From Wenzhouxiangella sp. (GTDB taxonomy: Bacteria > Pseudomonadota > Gammaproteobacteria > Xanthomonadales > Wenzhouxiangellaceae), in contig JBLRWT010000001.1 in NCBI GenBank assembly GCA_047921095.1, positions 1-39,284 of the forward strand: a stretch of 39,284 bases of DNA. Direction: 5' to 3'. Of the stretch, positions 8,167 through 18,272 are shown one piece after another. The notes beneath the pieces are model-generated. The model was not told the origin of the DNA. It worked only from the letters and a program-made list of their open reading frames with translations, and ran no database searches. The translations under genes were made by a program, and so were the position numbers. Every line of letters begins with the position of its first letter. The stretch's first letter is position 1.

Positions 8167-9198
8167 CTAAAAACCGATCAATTCGGGTTCCGGCTCCAGC
8201 GTGACGCCGAATTCGGTCTTGACCGAAGTGGTGATCAGTTCGATCAGCTTGCGGATCTCGTTGGCTGACGCCTGGCCGCGGTTGACCAATACCAGGGCAT
8301 GGTTTTCGTAGACGGCTGCGTCCCCGAGTGAGTGGCCACGCAGGCCCAGGCGTTCGATCATCCACCCGGCACCGAGTTTGACCTTGCCTTCGGCCATGGG
8401 CCAACAGGGCAGGCCGGCGTTGTCGTTCCGCAAAGTCTGGGCTAACCCGGCATCAACTACTGGGTTCTTGAAAAAGCTGCCGGCGTTGGCCAGTCGGCCC
8501 GGGTCGGGCAGGCGGTGGCGGCGCAGTCGCATGACGGCGGCGGCCAGTTGGCGCGGCCCGGGCCGGCGATGGCCAACCCGCTCAAGCTCTTCGGCCAGGC
8601 TCTGATAGGTCATCTTAGGATAAAACGTTCGCTGCAGACGCAAGCTGATGCCGGTGATCAGGTAGCGCCCCCGGTCGGTCGACTTGAAGCGACTGTCACG
8701 ATAGCCGAAGCGGCATTGATCACGCTGAATGGTCACCAGTTCGTTCTGCTGCCAGTCCCAGGCGGTGACCGTTTCGATGACATCGGACAACTCCACGCCG
8801 TAAGCGCCGATATTCTGGATTGGCGCCGCACCCACGGATCCGGGGATCATGACCAGGTTTTCGACGCCATGCAGGCCTTGGGCGATGCAAAGGCGAACGA
8901 GTCGATGCCAGTTCTCGCCGGCCCCGGCATGAACCAGTGCTTCGGTTTCATCGAGGCGCTCGACCTCGACACCCTTGATCCGGACCAGCAGGATTCGTCC
9001 GGGCCAATCGGCCAGAAAAACGGTGTTCGAGCCATCGCCAAGGACGAGTTGGGGCTGGTCGGTGAGGGGCAGGAGTGGCAGTTGTTCGGGATATTCAAGC
9101 TCGATCAATTCGCGGGTCCGGGCGGGCAGGCCAAAGGTGCTCAGCTTGGCCAGGTCGGCATCGTGAACGATCACGGCCGGGCTCTTTTCAGGCCTCAT
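8167..9198 (-). CDS. murB: UDP-N-acetylenolpyruvoylglucosamine reductase
   Basis: LGDGSN, IPGSVGAAPIQNIGAYG, FGYRDSRFK, NAGSFFKNP, HALVLVN, LEPEP. Confidence 0.97.
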   Translation of the reverse strand: MRPEKSPAVIVHDADLAKLSTFGLPARTRELIELEYPEQLPLLPLTDQPQLVLGDGSNTVFLADWPGRILLVRIKGVEVERLDETEALVHAGAGENWHRLVRLCIAQGLHGVENLVMIPGSVGAAPIQNIGAYGVELSDVIETVTAWDWQQNELVTIQRDQCRFGYRDSRFKSTDRGRYLITGISLRLQRTFYPKMTYQSLAEELERVGHRRPGPRQLAAAVMRLRRHRLPDPGRLANAGSFFKNPVVDAGLAQTLRNDNAGLPCWPMAEGKVKLGAGWMIERLGLRGHSLGDAAVYENHALVLVNRGQASANEIRKLIELITTSVKTEFGVTLEPEPELIGF

Positions 9199-10207
9199 CT
9201 TTCCAGGCCAGGATGCAGTCCCGAATCAGCTTCGGGCCCTGATAGATAAAACCGGTATAGATCTGGGCGAGGTCTGCGCCAGCATGCCTCTTCGCAGCAG
9301 CATCTTTGCCCGAGGTGATTCCACCCAGGCCAATGATCGGAAACCCGGCACCCAGGACCTCTCTTGCCGTAGTCAGCACTTGATCCGCTGCTTTCCTGAC
9401 GGGTGCACCGCTCAAGCCCCCGGCCTCATCGGCATGGGTATGTCCGGCCACCGCGCTGCGATCCAGGGTGGTATTGGTCGCGATCAGGCCGTCGATGCCG
9501 GATTCTCCGATCACGTTGAGCGAGGCCTGGAGCGCTTCTTCGGTCCAGTCGGGTGCAATCTTGATCAGCACTGGACAGTAGCGTCCATGTTGTTCGGCCA
9601 GGTTATCTCGAAGCTCGACCAGTTCTTTCAGCAACTCGGCAAGCGGACCCGTGTCTTGAAGCGCTCGAAGATTGGCGGTATTGGGCGAGGAAATATTGAC
9701 GGTCACATAATCGCAGTGCGGATAGACCCGCTCCAGGCAATAGCGGTAATCCTCGGCGGCACGCTCGACGGGTGTGTCCTTCTGCTTGCCGATATTGGCG
9801 CCAACAACGGTTTCAGTCCGGCGCCCTTTCAGGCGCTCGACCAGGTAGTCGACGCCCTTGTTGTTGAAGCCAAGTCGGTTGATCAGCGCCTGGTGTTCAG
9901 GCAGCCGGAACATCCGGGGCTTCGGGTTGCCCGGTTGCGGCCGGGGCGTGACGGTGCCGACCTCGATGAAGCCGAAGCCGAGTTGACTCAGGGCGTCAAT
10001 GTAGTCGCCATTTTTGTCCAACCCGGCCGCGAGGCCGATCGGGTTGGCAAAATCCAGCCCGAAAAGACGCACCGGCGATGATGGTTGGCAGCCCGACAGC
10101 AATCGGGGCAGGCTGAACGGGCGACCTGCCGCCAGCGCCTTGAGCGCAACATCGTGCGCCGTTTCCGGTGGCAGCAGGAACAGCCCGGCTCTCAACCAGC
10201 CATACAT
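9188..10207 (-). CDS. pyrD: Quinone-dependent dihydroorotate dehydrogenase (class 2)
   Basis: GLAAGLDKNG, GTVTPRPQPGNPKPR, NISSPNT, KIAPD, GGLSG. Overlaps the murB start by 11 nt. Confidence 0.97.
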   Translation of the reverse strand: MYGWLRAGLFLLPPETAHDVALKALAAGRPFSLPRLLSGCQPSSPVRLFGLDFANPIGLAAGLDKNGDYIDALSQLGFGFIEVGTVTPRPQPGNPKPRMFRLPEHQALINRLGFNNKGVDYLVERLKGRRTETVVGANIGKQKDTPVERAAEDYRYCLERVYPHCDYVTVNISSPNTANLRALQDTGPLAELLKELVELRDNLAEQHGRYCPVLIKIAPDWTEEALQASLNVIGESGIDGLIATNTTLDRSAVAGHTHADEAGGLSGAPVRKAADQVLTTAREVLGAGFPIIGLGGITSGKDAAAKRHAGADLAQIYTGFIYQGPKLIRDCILAWKDEA

Positions 10208-10232
10208 GATGGTCTTCTCTCTCCGTGTGGCT

Positions 10233-10478
10233 TCAAGCCCGGGCGCAATGGCGCAGGGTATGCAGGGTCAAGCAGGAAAATGCTTTGGCGACGCGAACGT
10301 GTCGACCTTGCGTTTGATCACGACGCCCAGGGCGACGACTCTCAAGGCGGCACCCATAGCGGCTCTCAGCGCCATTCCCGCTGCTTTGTCGTCTGTCGGT
10401 CCGGCGCTGGCATCGTCGGTCAAGAAGGATGTCAGCGCCTGCGCGAACAATGCTTGTCTTTTCAGGCTTCACAGGCAA
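10233..10478 (-). CDS. Possible small Arg-rich protein (DRR/ERR-type motifs)
   Basis: 81-aa ORF that fills the ALDH-pyrD gap on the same strand, beginning directly after the ALDH stop. Contains DRRCQRRTDRRQ and ESRRPGRRDQ. Non-ATG start, no family recognised. Confidence 0.3.
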   Translation of the reverse strand: MPVKPEKTSIVRAGADILLDRRCQRRTDRRQSSGNGAESRYGCRLESRRPGRRDQTQGRHVRVAKAFSCLTLHTLRHCARA

Positions 10479-12008
10479 TCACAGCTCAAACTTGATGCCC
10501 TGGGCCAGCGGCAGCTCGGTTGACCAGTTGATGGTGTTCGTCTGGCGGCGCATGTAGGCCTGCCAGGAGTCCGATCCGGACTCGCGCCCGCCACCGGTTT
10601 CCTTTTCGCCGCCGAAGGCGCCACCGATCTCGGCGCCGGAGGTGCCGATGTTGACGTTGGCGATGCCGCAATCCGAGCCGCGATGCGACAGGAAGTACTC
10701 GGCATTGCGCACGTCGGTGGTGAAGATGGACGATGACAGGCCCTGGCGGACATCATTGTGCATCGCCAGCGCTTCTTCCAGCGTCCTGAATGACATGACG
10801 TAGAGAATCGGGCCAAAGGTTTCTTCCTGAACGATATCCCAGTGGTTTTCGGCGCGGACGATCGCCGGTTCGACAAAGAACCCCTCGCGATCGAGGCGCT
10901 TGCCACCGGCCAGGACTTCACCGCCCGCTTCCCTGGCCTTTTCGAGTGCTTGTTCGAAGCGCTCGATGGCGCTCTCGTCGGTCAATGGGCCCATCAGGGT
11001 GCTGGTATCCAGCGGGTCGCCAATACGAACCTGGCCGTAAGCCTTGACCAGCGTGTCGGTGACCTGATCGACGATGGATTCATGCACGAACAGGCGGCGG
11101 GTGCTGGTGCAGCGTTGACCGGCGGTGCCGACGGCGCCGAAGACCACGGCCGGAATGGCCAGCTTCAGGTCAGCGGTTTCATCAATGATGACGGCATTGT
11201 TGCCGCCGAGCTCGAGCAGGCTCTTGCCCATGCGTGCGGAGACACGCTCGCCGACCTTGCGTCCGATCTGGCTGGAGCCGGTGAATGACATCAGGGCAAC
11301 GCGTTCATCATCGACGAAACGCTGCGACAGTTCATGCCCTGGCTCCATGAACGAGGTGAAGATCGGCGGATAGTCGGTATCGGCCAGTGCTTCGTTGACA
11401 ATGTTCTGTACCGCGGCGCAGCACAGCACGCCCTTCGGCGATGGCTTCCAGACCGTGGCGTTGCCGCACACGGCGGCGAGCAGGGCATTCCAGGCCCAGA
11501 CTGCCACCGGGAAGTTGAACGCGGTAACAACGCCGACCACGCCCAGCGGATGCCATTGCTCGTACATGCGATGACCGGGTCTTTCCGAATGCATGGTCTT
11601 GCCATACAACATGCGCGACTGGCCAACGGCAAAGTCACCAATGTCGATCATTTCCTGGACTTCACCGTCGCCCTCGGCCTTGATCTTGCCCATTTCCAGA
11701 GCCACCAGCGAGCCCAGCGGATCCTTGTAATCACGCAGGGCGGCGGTGACCAGGCGCACGGCCTCGGCGCGGATCGGCGCTGGTACGGTCTTCCAGCGCT
11801 CGGCAGCATCGGTGGCGGTGCGGATGACCTTGTCGTAATCGGCTTCCGAGGCGCCGCTGACGCGGGCGATAACCTGGCCGCTTGACGGGTTGACCGACTC
11901 GACCACGCGCTCATCAGGGGTGGACGACCACTTACCGGGGCCAAAACAGGCGCCGGGGTTCAAATCCTTCAGTCCGAGTTGGTCCAGAATCTGCTGATGC
12001 TTGCTCAT
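10479..12008 (-). CDS. Aldehyde dehydrogenase family 7 (piperideine-6-carboxylate/aminoadipate-semialdehyde dehydrogenase-like)
   Basis: [31 protein letters not shown] (Glu), GTAGQRCT (Cys), [32 protein letters not shown]. Start placed at the second Met. Confidence 0.93.
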   Translation of the reverse strand: MSKHQQILDQLGLKDLNPGACFGPGKWSSTPDERVVESVNPSSGQVIARVSGASEADYDKVIRTATDAAERWKTVPAPIRAEAVRLVTAALRDYKDPLGSLVALEMGKIKAEGDGEVQEMIDIGDFAVGQSRMLYGKTMHSERPGHRMYEQWHPLGVVGVVTAFNFPVAVWAWNALLAAVCGNATVWKPSPKGVLCCAAVQNIVNEALADTDYPPIFTSFMEPGHELSQRFVDDERVALMSFTGSSQIGRKVGERVSARMGKSLLELGGNNAVIIDETADLKLAIPAVVFGAVGTAGQRCTSTRRLFVHESIVDQVTDTLVKAYGQVRIGDPLDTSTLMGPLTDESAIERFEQALEKAREAGGEVLAGGKRLDREGFFVEPAIVRAENHWDIVQEETFGPILYVMSFRTLEEALAMHNDVRQGLSSSIFTTDVRNAEYFLSHRGSDCGIANVNIGTSGAEIGGAFGGEKETGGGRESGSDSWQAYMRRQTNTINWSTELPLAQGIKFEL

Positions 12009-12157
12009 GGTTCGCCGGTCTCCCATTTTTCATTTCAAAGCCGGCTATTATCGCATTGTTGACGCGTCGGGGCAGCCCGGTCATGCTATTCTTTTGCGTC
12101 TGTGTGGGGCTCGGGGGCTTGAGTGGCTGACGCCGCCACCTGAACACTCACTGAATG

Positions 12158-12184
12158 AAACTATCCGGTCGAGCCGCTGTCCAT
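12158..12184 (+). promoter_or_regulatory. Putative autoregulatory sigma-E promoter of rpoE
   Basis: AAACTA-N16-TCCAT about 40 nt upstream of rpoE, with the same spacing as the rpoH site. A TTGACG-N17-CATGCT sigma-70-like site lies at 12059-12087. Confidence 0.5.
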
Positions 12185-12225
12185 TCAGCAGGCCCGGCCG
12201 TCAGCTACGGAGCAGGACGGCCCTG

Positions 12226-12807
12226 ATGGGCGAACGTGAAGTTGATCAATTACTCGTTGAGCGGGTACAGAAAGGTGACAAGAAGGCATTTGATGTGCTG
12301 GTCGGTAAATACCAGCACAAGATCATCAGCCTGATCTCACGCTACGTATCTGACCACGCCGAAGCCATGGATGTTGCCCAGGAGGCATTCATCAAGGCTT
12401 ATCGTGCGCTCAAGCGGTTTCGCGGCGACAGCGCGTTCTATACGTGGTTGTACCGTATTGCCATCAATACGGCCAAGAACCACCTGGTTGCGCAGAGCCG
12501 CCGGCCACCGCTTTCGGATGTTGATGCTCAGGATGCGGAACAATTTCAGGTCGACACACGTCTGAAAGATCGAGGTTCTCCGGAACACGAATTATTGAGA
12601 GAAGAAATTGAACAGACCATCCACCAGGCCATATCCGATTTACCCGAAGACCTTCGGGTGGCCATTACCCTGCGTGAGATGGAAGCCATGAGTTATGAGG
12701 AGATCGCCATGACCATGGACTGTCCAATTGGCACTGTGCGATCTCGGATTTTTCGGGCTCGAGAGGCGATTGACCAGCGCCTTCGCCCCCTGCTTGCAAA
12801 TGACTAG
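12226..12807 (+). CDS. rpoE: ECF sigma factor sigma-E (RpoE/AlgU)
   Basis: DQLLVERVQKGDKKAF, FRGDSAFYTWLYRIAINTAKN, CPIGTVRSRIFRAR. True start MGERE at 12226. Confidence 0.98.
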   Translation: MGEREVDQLLVERVQKGDKKAFDVLVGKYQHKIISLISRYVSDHAEAMDVAQEAFIKAYRALKRFRGDSAFYTWLYRIAINTAKNHLVAQSRRPPLSDVDAQDAEQFQVDTRLKDRGSPEHELLREEIEQTIHQAISDLPEDLRVAITLREMEAMSYEEIAMTMDCPIGTVRSRIFRAREAIDQRLRPLLAND

Positions 12808-12821
12808 ACTGGACGTACACC

Positions 12822-13421
12822 ATGACTGAATCGAACCGTGAGCATCTTTCGTGCCTGATGGACGGCGAATTGGAACGCAACGCACAGGGCTTTCTACTGA
12901 GACGTTTGTCCAACGATCCGGAAATGTCACAGGCGTGGCGACGCTATCACCTGGTTCGAGCCTGTCTGCATCAGGAAATGGGCAGTGGCCTATGCATTGC
13001 TGACCGCGTATCGCAAGCGGTGGCGGAAGAGGACGATCCGATTGTGACACCGAACATGCCCGCCTGGTTGAGGCCGGTAGCCGGTAGCGCGATTGCCGCC
13101 AGTGTTGCGCTTGTCGCAATCGTCGGAATCAATTCGAGCCTGCTCGACCGTGGCCAGCCTGAGCTGATTGCGGATCAGCCCGGCTTCGTCAGTCAGCCCA
13201 GCTCGCTGGATCAGCCCTTTTCGCGCCAGGCCATCCCTGTAGGTTTCACTCCGGCCAGCGAAGCTGATCGCACGCGTATCAACACCTATGTTGTACGGCA
13301 TAACCAGGCTGTTGGCGGCGGTGGCTTCGTTTCTTATCTGCCAATTGTGACAGGCATCCCGGTCGAGGCGGCCGCGTCGTTTGACGAGGTCGAGCTGGAA
13401 TCGATCGAACCGGGTCAGTGA
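12822..13421 (+). CDS. rseA: Anti-sigma-E factor RseA/MucA
   Basis: EHLSCLMDGE, WRRYHLVR, one TM helix (AIAASVALVAIVG), position after rpoE. Confidence 0.93.
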   Translation: MTESNREHLSCLMDGELERNAQGFLLRRLSNDPEMSQAWRRYHLVRACLHQEMGSGLCIADRVSQAVAEEDDPIVTPNMPAWLRPVAGSAIAASVALVAIVGINSSLLDRGQPELIADQPGFVSQPSSLDQPFSRQAIPVGFTPASEADRTRINTYVVRHNQAVGGGGFVSYLPIVTGIPVEAAASFDEVELESIEPGQ

Positions 13422-14422
13422 GCATGCGGAAGTCGGGCGAACTGGTGCGTGTCTGCGCATTGCTGGCGCTTGTTTCAGGCAGCCTCCCTGCGTTCGCCGA
13501 AACGACCGCGTCAGAGGTTCAGGCCTGGCTCGATCGCATGGCCCGCGCCGTTGAAACCCTCAATTACCGAGGCACCCTGGTTCACTGGCATGATGGCCGG
13601 GTCGACACGCTCGGTATCGTTCACCGCGCCGATGAAAGCGGTATCCGCGAACGGATTTATTCACTTGACGGTGAGCCGCGCGAGATTTTGCGCGACGGTG
13701 ACGAGGTGCGCTGCCTGCTCGCAGGGGATCAGCCATTGGTGGTGCAGCGTCAGCTCGCGACCCGTTTGATACCAAACCTGCCGTTGAATCGCCTGGGTGG
13801 CCCCAAGCTTGCCTACGACATGTCCCTGGGTGGGCGTGAGCGCGTCGCTGGTATGATGGCCCAGATCGTCAAAGTGTCGCCACGCGATCAGTATCGCTAC
13901 GGTTACCAGTTCTGGCTGGAGGAAAAGACCGGCATGCTATTGCGTTCAGCCTTGCTGGATCACCGTGGGCGACGACTTCAACAACTTTCCTTCGTCACCG
14001 TCGAGCTCGGTGTCCCGATCAGCGACCGCGAACTTGAGCCCGTGTTGATCGGCGGCATCGAATCGACCCTGCAGACCAGTCTGCCGAGTGGGGAGCCCGT
14101 TCAGCCACGCCACGCTTCGTGGCAGCCTGCGAAAATCCCGCACAGTTTCAACCTGGTCCACTTCGGCGCCGGACATTCTGCCGATGGCAGCAAGTTCGAA
14201 CACCTGCTATACAGTGATGGCCTGGCCAATTTCTCGGTTTACGTTGAAGACGGCCGGCAGGGTTACACCAGCAGCCGCCTTGAATCGATTGGCCCGGTGC
14301 ATGTCTTTACCGGCTTGCTCGATGGGCGGCAGGTGACCGTGGTCGGTGAAGTACCGCGGACCACGGTTGAATACGTCGGCCGCTCGTTGCGCCAGTCCGC
14401 GGGGCCGCGGCGGCGTCATTAG
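13418..14422 (+). CDS. rseB: Periplasmic sigma-E regulator RseB/MucB
   Basis: Signal peptide, LNYRGT, LDGEPREI, PRDQYRYGY, YSDGLANFSVYVE, VTVVGEVP. Confidence 0.93.
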   Translation: MSMRKSGELVRVCALLALVSGSLPAFAETTASEVQAWLDRMARAVETLNYRGTLVHWHDGRVDTLGIVHRADESGIRERIYSLDGEPREILRDGDEVRCLLAGDQPLVVQRQLATRLIPNLPLNRLGGPKLAYDMSLGGRERVAGMMAQIVKVSPRDQYRYGYQFWLEEKTGMLLRSALLDHRGRRLQQLSFVTVELGVPISDRELEPVLIGGIESTLQTSLPSGEPVQPRHASWQPAKIPHSFNLVHFGAGHSADGSKFEHLLYSDGLANFSVYVEDGRQGYTSSRLESIGPVHVFTGLLDGRQVTVVGEVPRTTVEYVGRSLRQSAGPRRRH

Positions 14423-14440
14423 TAATCTTTCAAAGGCTGC

Positions 14441-14917
14441 TTGATGCCGGCTCTGATCTGGCAGGTCGCAACGGTTGTCGAAGCGCAGGATGAGTTGTTG
14501 CGTGTTTCATTCGATTCCCTGACCACCTGCCAGCGATGCCTGCAGGGTCAAGGTTGCGGTGCCGGTGCGTTCAGTCGCCTGTTCGCCCGGCGCCAGGCGA
14601 GTCTGGTGGTGCGCTGCGAACATGATTTTGCAATCGGCGACAGGCTTCGAGTCGGGGTCAGTGGCAGTGGCCTCGTGCTATCTGCCTTGGCGCTTTATGG
14701 GCTGCCACTGCTGGGCTTTCTTGTTGGTGCCCTGATTGGCCATGTGCTGGCTGGAGACATGGCGGGTCGTGATTTTATCGCGTTAATGTCCGGGTTGATG
14801 TCTGGCCTGGCAGCGTTCGGGCTGTTTCGGCTCGGCCCTGGTTTGCGGTTGAGACCGAGGATCGAGCGCTTGTCGTGCACAAAAGCGGATTCGGCGCTTG
14901 AATCCGATGCGAAGTGA
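14441..14917 (+). CDS. rseC: RseC/MucC family membrane protein
   Basis: CxxCxxxxGC motif, two TM helices with LYGLPL, operon position. Confidence 0.88.
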   Translation: MMPALIWQVATVVEAQDELLRVSFDSLTTCQRCLQGQGCGAGAFSRLFARRQASLVVRCEHDFAIGDRLRVGVSGSGLVLSALALYGLPLLGFLVGALIGHVLAGDMAGRDFIALMSGLMSGLAAFGLFRLGPGLRLRPRIERLSCTKADSALESDAK

Positions 14918-14967
14918 GGCCAAATCCTTAGGGTTCCAAAATCCGAGTATTACCTGGAGTTTCCATT

Positions 14968-16371
14968 ATGTATCGACTAGTTATCGCCCTGTTCTTGAGT
15001 GCCGGTCTGGGTTTTCAGGCAGCCGTCGCGTCCACACCGGTGGATTTCACCGATCTGGTGGAAGAGTCCATTCCGGCAGTCGTCAATATCGAGACCTTGC
15101 GTTTGGGTACCCGGCCCACTGAGCGCAGCGAAAGTGATTCCCAGGCGCCTGAAGACCTGCTTCGTCGGTTTTTTGATTTTCCTTTTGGCGAAGGCGGTCC
15201 GCGAGGTCAGCCTGACCGACGAGGGGGTGGATCAGGTTTCATCATCGATTCTGATGGGCTGGTGCTGACCAATCATCACGTGATAGAGAATGCCGACGAA
15301 ATCATCGTTCGCCTGGCCGATCGCCGCGAATATGAAGCCGAGTTGGTGGGATCGGATGCCGAGACCGATATCGCCGTGCTGCGCATCGCGGCAGAAGGGT
15401 TGCCCACTTTGAGCTTGGGAGACTCTGACTCGCTGCGCCCCGGGGAGTGGGTCATCGCGATCGGTTCACCGTTCCAGTTCGAGCAATCGGTCTCGGCCGG
15501 TATCGTCAGTGCCAAGGGCCGCACCCAGGTCCAGCAGCAGTATGTGCCCTTCATCCAGACCGATGTCGCCATCAACCGCGGCAACTCCGGCGGACCACTG
15601 ATTCGCACTGACGGCACGGTTGTCGGCATCAACTCCTGGATACTCAGCTCCCACGGAGGCAGCATCGGTCTGTCCTTCGCCATTCCCGTGGAAGTTGCGC
15701 GCAGTTCCTTCGAGCAGTTGATGGAATTTGGCCGCGTTGTGCGCGGCTATCTGGGCGTCGGCATCGAGGGCATCAGTCGCCAGAAAGCCGACGCTCTGAA
15801 CCTGGATCGCCCATCCGGCGCGCTGGTCAACCGGGTGGAGCCCGGCAGCGCCGCTGAACGTGCCGGCATCGAAGTCGGTGACGTGATCATCAGATTCAAC
15901 AACATGACCGTCGACGTATTTTCCGACCTGCCGCCGCTGGTCGGCATGGTCAGACCAGGCGCCGAAGTGCCGGTAGATATCTCCCGTTGGGGCGAGCGCA
16001 AGACCGTGCAGGTCACGCTGGACCAGCGCGAGGAACAAGACCTGGACGATCCCGGCGCACCCGACGAGGACGCCCAGCCCAGCAATGCGCTGGGTCTGGC
16101 AGTGGCGCCGTTGGATGCTGAAACCCGACGTCAGCTGGGTGATCCGCAGGGCGGCGTGCTGATTACCAACGTCGAGAGCGACGGTGCCTATCGCGCCGGT
16201 GTACGCCGCGGGCAGGTCATCCTGATGATCAACAACCAACCGGTTGCCGACATGGACGACTTCAACGCGATCGTGGAGCGCGTGCCCGACGGTCGTACGG
16301 TCGCCCTGCTGCTGCACCGCCCCGATGGCACTACCACATTCGTCGCCTACACGCCCGAAACGAGCGATTGA
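14968..16371 (+). CDS. degP: DegP/MucD-type HtrA serine protease with two PDZ domains
   Basis: Signal peptide, GSGFII, TNHHV, TDIAVL, INRGNSGGPL. Sits at the mucD position. Confidence 0.93.
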   Translation: MYRLVIALFLSAGLGFQAAVASTPVDFTDLVEESIPAVVNIETLRLGTRPTERSESDSQAPEDLLRRFFDFPFGEGGPRGQPDRRGGGSGFIIDSDGLVLTNHHVIENADEIIVRLADRREYEAELVGSDAETDIAVLRIAAEGLPTLSLGDSDSLRPGEWVIAIGSPFQFEQSVSAGIVSAKGRTQVQQQYVPFIQTDVAINRGNSGGPLIRTDGTVVGINSWILSSHGGSIGLSFAIPVEVARSSFEQLMEFGRVVRGYLGVGIEGISRQKADALNLDRPSGALVNRVEPGSAAERAGIEVGDVIIRFNNMTVDVFSDLPPLVGMVRPGAEVPVDISRWGERKTVQVTLDQREEQDLDDPGAPDEDAQPSNALGLAVAPLDAETRRQLGDPQGGVLITNVESDGAYRAGVRRGQVILMINNQPVADMDDFNAIVERVPDGRTVALLLHRPDGTTTFVAYTPETSD

Positions 16372-16402
16372 ATCCGCTCCGGTCTGAAGCGCACGAGCCC
16401 GG

Positions 16403-16451
16403 TATAATTGCCGGTCCTGACTTTGCAGCCCCCGGTTTTGCCGGGGGCTGC
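16403..16451 (+). promoter_or_regulatory. lepA -10 box followed by a strong hairpin
   Basis: TATAAT at 16403-16408, then GCAGCCCCCGG-TTTTG-CCGGGGGCTGC (11-bp stem, 16425-16451). Confidence 0.5.
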
Positions 16452-16459
16452 TGCTACAA

Positions 16460-18271
16460 ATGGCGCCCATGACTGATACCCGAAACATCCGCAATTTCTC
16501 GATCATTGCTCACGTCGACCACGGCAAGTCGACCCTGGCTGATCGGTTCATTCAGTTATGCGGAGGCCTGAGCGAGCGCGAGATGGCCGAGCAGGTGCTC
16601 GACTCGATGGATATCGAGCGCGAGCGCGGAATCACGATCAAGGCCCAAAGCGTCACGCTCAACTACACGGCCGACAATGGCGAGGTCTACCAGCTCAACT
16701 TCATTGACACGCCGGGCCATGTCGATTTTTCCTACGAGGTCTCGCGATCGCTTGCGGCCTGTGAGGGCGCGCTGCTGGTCGTCGACGCCGCCCAGGGCGT
16801 GGAAGCCCAGAGCGTGGCCAATTGCTACACCGCCGTCGAGCAGGGCCTGGAGGTCATCCCGGTCATCAACAAGATCGATCTGCCGGCAGCTGATCCCGAA
16901 AAAGTCAGGCACCAGATCGAAGACATCATCGGTATCGATGCCACCGACGCGGTCCTGGTCAGTGCCAAGACCGGCGTCGGTATTCGCGAAGTGCTGGAAT
17001 CCCTGGTCAAGCGTGTGCCGCCACCGGCCAATAATGAGGGGCCGCTCAAGGCCCTGATCGTCGATTCCTGGTTCGACAACTACCTCGGCGTCAACTCGCT
17101 GGTCCGGATTGTCCAGGGCACCTTGCACAAGGGCGACAAGATCCGGGTCATGACCACCGGCGAGGAGCACACCGCCGATCAGATCGGCATCTTTACCCCG
17201 AAACGAACAGGGACAAAGATGCTCGGTTGCGGGCAGGTCGGGTTTATTGCCGCTGGCATCAAGGAAGTTCACGGCGCGCCGGTGGGCGATACCATCACCC
17301 AGGCCAAAAACCCTGCCGAGCAGGCCCTTCCAGGCTTCAAACCCCTGCAGCCGCGAGTGTTCGCCGGCATCTTTCCGGTCGATTCGAGCCAGTATCCGGA
17401 TCTGCGGGAAGCATTGGACAAGCTTCAGCTCAACGATTCAGCCCTGCAGTTCGAGCCTGAAACCTCGGTCGCTCTCGGCTTTGGTTTTCGCTGCGGCTTC
17501 CTCGGCATGCTCCACATGGAAATCGTCCAGGAACGTCTGGAACGTGAGTATGACCTTGACCTGATCACGACGGCGCCGACGGTGATTTACGAGTTGGCGT
17601 TGACCGATGGTCAGGTCATCACGATGGACAATCCGGCCGGCATGCCGGCGCTGAATCTCATTGACGAAATTCGCGAGCCGATCATCCTGGCCAATATCCT
17701 GGTACCGCAGGAGTTTGTCGGTGCCGTGCTCGGGCTGTGCGAGGAAAAGCGTGGCGTTCAGAAAGACATGCGCTTTCTTGGCGGACAGGTCCAGCTCAGT
17801 TACGAGTTGCCCATGTCTGAAGTCGTCATGGATTTCTTTGATCGACTCAAATCGTGCAGTCGCGGATTTGCCTCGTTCGAGTATGATTTCGTCCGCCACC
17901 AGGCCGGCCCATTCGTGCGCCTGGACCTGATGATCAACGGGGAGCGGGTCGATGCGCTCAGCAGCATCGTCCATCGGCAGGTTGCCGAACGGCGCGGGCG
18001 AGATCTGGCGGAGCGCATGAGGGAATTGATTCCGCGACAGATGTTCGATATTGCGATCCAGGCAGCCCTCGGTGCTCACATCATCGCCCGCTCTACCGTC
18101 AAGGCCTATCGAAAGAATGTCACGGCCAAGTGCTATGGCGGCGATGTCAGTCGCAAGCGCAAGCTGCTGGAAAAACAGAAGGCTGGCAAGCGGCGCATGA
18201 AGACCGTCGGTCGGGTCGAAATCCCGCAGGAGGCATTCCTGGCCGTATTGCGAACCGACAACGAGAAATGA
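16460..18271 (+). CDS. lepA: Elongation factor 4
   Basis: [46 protein letters not shown]. Start could be 16469. Confidence 0.98.
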   Translation: MAPMTDTRNIRNFSIIAHVDHGKSTLADRFIQLCGGLSEREMAEQVLDSMDIERERGITIKAQSVTLNYTADNGEVYQLNFIDTPGHVDFSYEVSRSLAACEGALLVVDAAQGVEAQSVANCYTAVEQGLEVIPVINKIDLPAADPEKVRHQIEDIIGIDATDAVLVSAKTGVGIREVLESLVKRVPPPANNEGPLKALIVDSWFDNYLGVNSLVRIVQGTLHKGDKIRVMTTGEEHTADQIGIFTPKRTGTKMLGCGQVGFIAAGIKEVHGAPVGDTITQAKNPAEQALPGFKPLQPRVFAGIFPVDSSQYPDLREALDKLQLNDSALQFEPETSVALGFGFRCGFLGMLHMEIVQERLEREYDLDLITTAPTVIYELALTDGQVITMDNPAGMPALNLIDEIREPIILANILVPQEFVGAVLGLCEEKRGVQKDMRFLGGQVQLSYELPMSEVVMDFFDRLKSCSRGFASFEYDFVRHQAGPFVRLDLMINGERVDALSSIVHRQVAERRGRDLAERMRELIPRQMFDIAIQAALGAHIIARSTVKAYRKNVTAKCYGGDVSRKRKLLEKQKAGKRRMKTVGRVEIPQEAFLAVLRTDNEK

Positions 18272-18272
18272 C

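Noticed and set aside
8003-8404. 133-aa minus-strand ORF with SRFKVQG-like repeats
   Set aside because: Out-of-frame overlap with murB plus translation of the heptamer and REP repeats.
12001-12225. N-terminal extensions given by the ORF track (rpoE, and likewise pdxJ, prpD, NmrA, ypjD, the Lpp-like gene and the serine hydrolase)
   Set aside because: Longest-ORF artefacts. Family homology and RBS position point to downstream starts.
15466-16506. Long antisense ORFs (also 21666-22766, 25428-26495, 29702-30781, 33388-34347)
   Set aside because: They mirror well-supported genes, are expected from high GC3 codon bias, and show no recognisable motifs.
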